DNA from: Thermoleophilaceae bacterium
Lineage (GTDB): Bacteria > Actinomycetota > Thermoleophilia > Solirubrobacterales > Thermoleophilaceae
NCBI GenBank assembly: GCA_036377235.1
Contig: DASUYU010000080.1
Span: forward strand, 7,797-71,796
Length of the DNA stretch: 64,000 bases
Reading direction: 5' to 3'
The position numbers and the translations under genes are program-made. Below the pieces are notes generated by a model. The model saw only the letters and a list, made by a program, of their open reading frames with translations. It was not told the DNA's origin and ran no database searches. Position 1 is the stretch's first letter. The number at the start of each line of letters is the position of its first letter. Of the stretch, positions 61,132-64,000 are shown one piece after another.

Positions 61132-61288
61132 CCCTCTTCTCGTAGCCCGGGCAGCGCTCCACCGGTATCCGCGGGTACTTGGGGAAGCGGTCGTCGGTCC
61201 TGTGCCTAAGGCACATGGAGAACACGCTTCCGCGCCCGCTGCGCACGATCTTCTGGTGCGCGCAGGTGTCGCACAGGCCCGCTCTCAC
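61115..61288 (-). CDS. Small Cys4 (zinc-ribbon-like) conserved hypothetical protein, 57 aa; below the ORF-track size cut-off
   Basis: Own translation from GTG 61288: MRAGLCDTCAHQKIVRSGRGSVFSMCLRHRTDDRFPKYPRIPVERCPGYEKRVSESR. High GC3. The CxxC...C...C spacing resembles small actinobacterial proteins I recall, but this is unverified. Confidence 0.5.
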   Translation of the reverse strand: MRAGLCDTCAHQKIVRSGRGSVFSMCLRHRTDDRFPKYPRIPVERCPGYEKRVSESR

Positions 61289-61412
61289 GCAGGTAAGGCT
61301 TGCACTTACGGAAGTAAGGGGTCGGAGGCGGAAAGTCGCTCCTTATGCCCGATGTGAGGAGGGGGCCTCAGGACGACACTCCTTAGGTGCAGTCAACCAC
61401 CAAGGAGCAGAC

Positions 61413-61616
61413 ATGGACCCCCGTCTCAACGCCATCTACATCCACTCCCGCATCGACGCGATGGGACGCGAGCCGCGACGGCTGGCATCCTCTTACGATG
61501 GCCACGCGCATGACGAGCGACCGCTTCGTAGGTCGGAGCGCCGAGCTCGCCGAGCTGCGCGCCGCGCTCGAGGAGGCCATCTCATCTCGTCCTTCCCTCG
61601 CTTTAGTTGGCGGTGA
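61413..61616 (+). other. Upstream/overlapping ORF with the strongest SD in the region (AAGGAG-N6-ATG), overlapping the regulator start in another frame
   Basis: MDPRLNAIYIHSRIDAM... The first ~17 codons have genome-typical high GC3. After that, the GC3 signal shifts to the frame of the regulator. Confidence 0.3.
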
Positions 61617-64000
61617 GTCAGGCGTCGGCAAGTCCCGGCTTGCCGACGAGCTGGCGAGGCACGCGCGCGAGGCCGGCGCCCGTGTCCTCTCCGGGGACTG
61701 CGTAGAGCTCGGCGACGACGAGCTCCCGTACGCCCCTCTGCTCACCGCCCTCCGGCCCCTGGTGCGCCAGGGCGACCCCTCCCTCCAGACTCTGGCGCCC
61801 CAGCTCCGCTCCGCCCTCGACGCGATTCTCCCCGGCGTCGGGGGCGGAGCCGCTTCCGAGCACGTGGCGCAATCGACCGTGTTCGAAGCCCTCCTGGCGG
61901 TGCTCCAGGCGCTCGCCGAGGAGGAGCCGGTGCTGCTGATCATCGAGGACCTGCACTGGGCGGACAGCTCCACCCGCTCGTTCATCGGCTTCCTCTCGCG
62001 CACGATGTGCAGCGAGCGCCTCCTGATCGTCGGCACCTACCGCTCCGACGAGCTGCATCGCCGCCATCCGCTGCGGCCGCTCCTGGCAGAGCTCGGCAGC
62101 GATCCCTACACGCGCCTGCTCGAGCTGCCGCGCTTCACGCGCGAGGAACTGGGTGAGCAGCTCGCGGGGATCCTCGCCGACCCGCCGCGCGCCGAGCTGG
62201 TGGAGCGGGTGTTCGCGCGGAGCGAGGGGAACGCCCTGTACGCGGAGGAGATCCTGGCCGCGGGCCTAGACGGCCGCGGCGCGCTGCCGCCCACGCTGCG
62301 CGACGCGCTGATGCTGCGCGTGGAGCGGCTGTCGAAGAACGCGCAGGAGGTGCTTCAGTGGCTCGCGTGCCAGCCGGCGGCCGACCACGCGCTGGTGGCC
62401 GCGGTCGCGGGCCTCGAGCCCGGCGACCTGCGCGACGCCCTCCGCGAGGCCGTCGCGAGCCAAATCGTCGTGACGGTCGGTGACGAGAGCTACGGCTTCC
62501 GCCACGCGCTGCTGCGCGAGGTGATCTACGACGACCTCCTGCCGGGCGAGCGCACCGCGATGCACGCCGCGCTGGCGCGCGCGCTGCAGGATCGGATCGA
62601 GGCAGGCGACGCGGGCGCTCACATCACGGCATCGGCTGCGCACCACTGGGCGTCGGCGGGCGACCAGCCGCAGGCGCTCGCGGCCGCCGTGCGCGCGGCG
62701 CTCGCCGCGGAGCGCGTCAACGCCTTCGGCGAGGAGCTCGCGCTGTTCGAGCGGGCGCTCGGACTGTGGGACCGGGTGTCCGATCCGGAGGCCGTGGCCG
62801 GGATCGACCAGGTCGAGCTGCTGAAGCGGGCGGCGTTCGCCGCCGACCAGGCCGGGGAGCCGGCTCGCCAGGAGGCGCTCTTGCGGCGCGCCTTCGAGCT
62901 CGTGGGCGACGAGGGTGAGAACTTGGGTGCGTGCGCCCTGCTGCGCGAGCGGCTGAGCCAATCGCTCTGGTCGCAGCACCGGCAGGACGAAGCGATCGAG
63001 GAGCTGAAGCAGGGACTGGCGCTGTTCCCGGACGGCGATCAGAGCGCGGAGAGGGCCACGCTGCTCTCGTACCTCGCGAAGAAGCGCATGGTGCAGATCC
63101 GGCTGACCGAGGCGAAGGACACTGCCGAGGAGGCGCTCGCGATTGCGCGCGCTTCAGGCAACCGCGAGGCCGAGGGGCGTTCGCTCAACGCGCTCGGGAC
63201 CGCACTGGGGATGCAGGGTGATGTGGAGGCCGGCGTGCAGCTCCTGCACGAGTCGCTCGACATCGCCGGCGAGCTCGGGCACGAAATGGACATGGCCGGG
63301 GCGTGGGTCAACATCGCGGATGTCCTCAACCTGGCGGGGCGCACCCGCGAGGCGCTGGAGGTCGCGCGCCAGGGCCTCGAGGCCGAGTCGAGCACGCCGT
63401 GGCGCACGGTCGACTGGCTGCGGCTGTCGATCGCCGAGTTCCTGTACTACCTGGGCGATTGGGACGAGGCGGAGGCGATCATTCCCGCCGAGAGCCGGCG
63501 ACATAGTGGAGGCACCATCCTCCTATGGCAGGTGGGTCGCGCGGTACTGGCGCTCGGGCGCGGCGATCTGGAGCTGGCCGAGGAGGCGCTGTCCTCGATG
63601 GACCGCGCCGTGGCAGGCATGACGGAGCCCCAGTTCGTGGGCCCGTACGGCGTGATGCGCGCCGAGCTCGCGCGCCGGCACGGCGACATCGACCGCGCCC
63701 GCACCGCGATCGACGACACGATCGACCGGATCGAATACTGCTCCGACGACATGGCCCGGATCACGGCGGCCGCCGCCATGGGCCTGCGGGTGGAGGGCGA
63801 CGCCGGGCAGCTCGCCCGCGATCGCCAGGACACCGAGGCCGAGCAGCACGTACGCGAGCGCGCCGACGCGCTGATCGAGCGCACCCGGCTCGCCGCCGAG
63901 TCCTGCGGGCCGGTGGAGGAGACGGAGCTGGCGACCGCCGAGGCCGAGTACGCACGGGCGACGGACAGCGCCGCGCCGTCCACCCTGTGGACTCGCGCGG
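61498..64000 (+). CDS. Large ATP-binding LuxR/LAL (MalT-like) family regulator, N-terminal AAA + TPR-like part; 3' end beyond the window
   Basis: Own translation; there is no in-frame stop to position 64000, so it is absent from the ORF track. Sequence: M(ATR)MTSDRFVGRSAELAELRAAL, Walker A GGESGVGKSRL, Walker B LLIIEDLHWADSSTRSF, TYRSDELHRRHPLRPLL, RSEGNALYAEEI, then helical repeats. The start is ATG 61498 or 61510, and neither has an SD. Confidence 0.8.
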   Translation, partial: MATRMTSDRFVGRSAELAELRAALEEAISSRPSLALVGGESGVGKSRLADELARHAREAGARVLSGDCVELGDDELPYAPLLTALRPLVRQGDPSLQTLAPQLRSALDAILPGVGGGAASEHVAQSTVFEALLAVLQALAEEEPVLLIIEDLHWADSSTRSFIGFLSRTMCSERLLIVGTYRSDELHRRHPLRPLLAELGSDPYTRLLELPRFTREELGEQLAGILADPPRAELVERVFARSEGNALYAEEILAAGLDGRGALPPTLRDALMLRVERLSKNAQEVLQWLACQPAADHALVAAVAGLEPGDLRDALREAVASQIVVTVGDESYGFRHALLREVIYDDLLPGERTAMHAALARALQDRIEAGDAGAHITASAAHHWASAGDQPQALAAAVRAALAAERVNAFGEELALFERALGLWDRVSDPEAVAGIDQVELLKRAAFAADQAGEPARQEALLRRAFELVGDEGENLGACALLRERLSQSLWSQHRQDEAIEELKQGLALFPDGDQSAERATLLSYLAKKRMVQIRLTEAKDTAEEALAIARASGNREAEGRSLNALGTALGMQGDVEAGVQLLHESLDIAGELGHEMDMAGAWVNIADVLNLAGRTREALEVARQGLEAESSTPWRTVDWLRLSIAEFLYYLGDWDEAEAIIPAESRRHSGGTILLWQVGRAVLALGRGDLELAEEALSSMDRAVAGMTEPQFVGPYGVMRAELARRHGDIDRARTAIDDTIDRIEYCSDDMARITAAAAMGLRVEGDAGQLARDRQDTEAEQHVRERADALIERTRLAAESCGPVEETELATAEAEYARATDSAAPSTLWTRA

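Noticed and set aside
61293-61318. Mutually exclusive hairpins GTAAG/CTTAC/GTAAG as a riboswitch-like switch
   Set aside because: The stems are only 5 bp and AT-containing, too weak on their own to claim a structured RNA. They are mentioned only as part of the odd leader region.
1-64000. Search for mobile elements, prophage, CRISPR, rRNA/tRNA and classical defence genes (nucleases, helicases, methyltransferases acting on DNA)
   Set aside because: I could recognise no transposase or integrase motifs, terminal inverted repeats, spacer-repeat arrays or structured RNA genes by eye. The only toxin-antitoxin trace is the VapC remnant at 36170-36376.

Overview
Very high-GC, densely coding chromosomal segment with Actinobacteria-like gene content. 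The architecture is reminiscent of Thermoleophilia/Solirubrobacterales-type genomes, but the taxon cannot be verified here. I support about 68 protein-coding genes. I found no rRNA, tRNA, CRISPR array, transposase or integrase. Most long ORFs in the six-frame track that lie antisense to these genes are high-GC shadow ORFs. Main blocks, in order: (1) a split FadN-like beta-oxidation pair (1-1609). (2) A candidate (amino)cyclitol cluster (1706-10127): DHQS-family sugar-phosphate cyclase, VOC protein and class-III aminotransferase translationally coupled, then a TIM-barrel sugar isomerase, a Gfo/Idh/MocA oxidoreductase, an SDR and a CUT2-type sugar ABC importer. (3) Housekeeping and accessory genes (EamA, SDR, MFS, acyl-CoA dehydrogenase, citrate synthase, GNAT, MOSC, O-methyltransferase, acyltransferase, epimerase, SRPBCC). 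(4) A MoxR(CoxD)-VWA(CoxE) pair translationally coupled to a NitT/TauT-type ABC importer (22268-27002). (5) Peroxiredoxin, a PD40 beta-propeller protein, and a 1095-aa membrane-anchored SARP regulator fused to a 7-bladed propeller and a family-5 solute-binding domain. (6) msrB, an AlkA-like glycosylase, then a divergent pair of a two-lobed GNAT-fold acyltransferase and a serine-palmitoyltransferase-like alpha-oxoamine synthase (33750-36140). (7) A VapC remnant, a giant secreted M14 carboxypeptidase, EamA, a CGNR zinc-finger protein, pyk and a MihF-like protein. (8) A ~16.6 kb, 15-gene co-directional and mostly overlapping operon (60399 down to 43756): yrbEA-yrbEB-mceG-mceABCDEF-MMPL-TlpA-like-B3/4-hypothetical-membrane-VOC. 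(9) A lipoprotein, an unlisted 57-aa Cys4 mini-protein, and the N-terminal ~830 aa of a LuxR/LAL-type AAA regulator that runs off the window. The most interesting points are the SPT-like/GNAT pair (possible sphingolipid-type chemistry in a high-GC Gram-positive), the cyclitol-like cluster, the SARP-propeller-SBP5 fusion, the Mce+MMPL super-operon, and several conspicuous AT-rich palindromes and repeated 5' elements. All functional calls come from motif recognition by eye. No database search was run.
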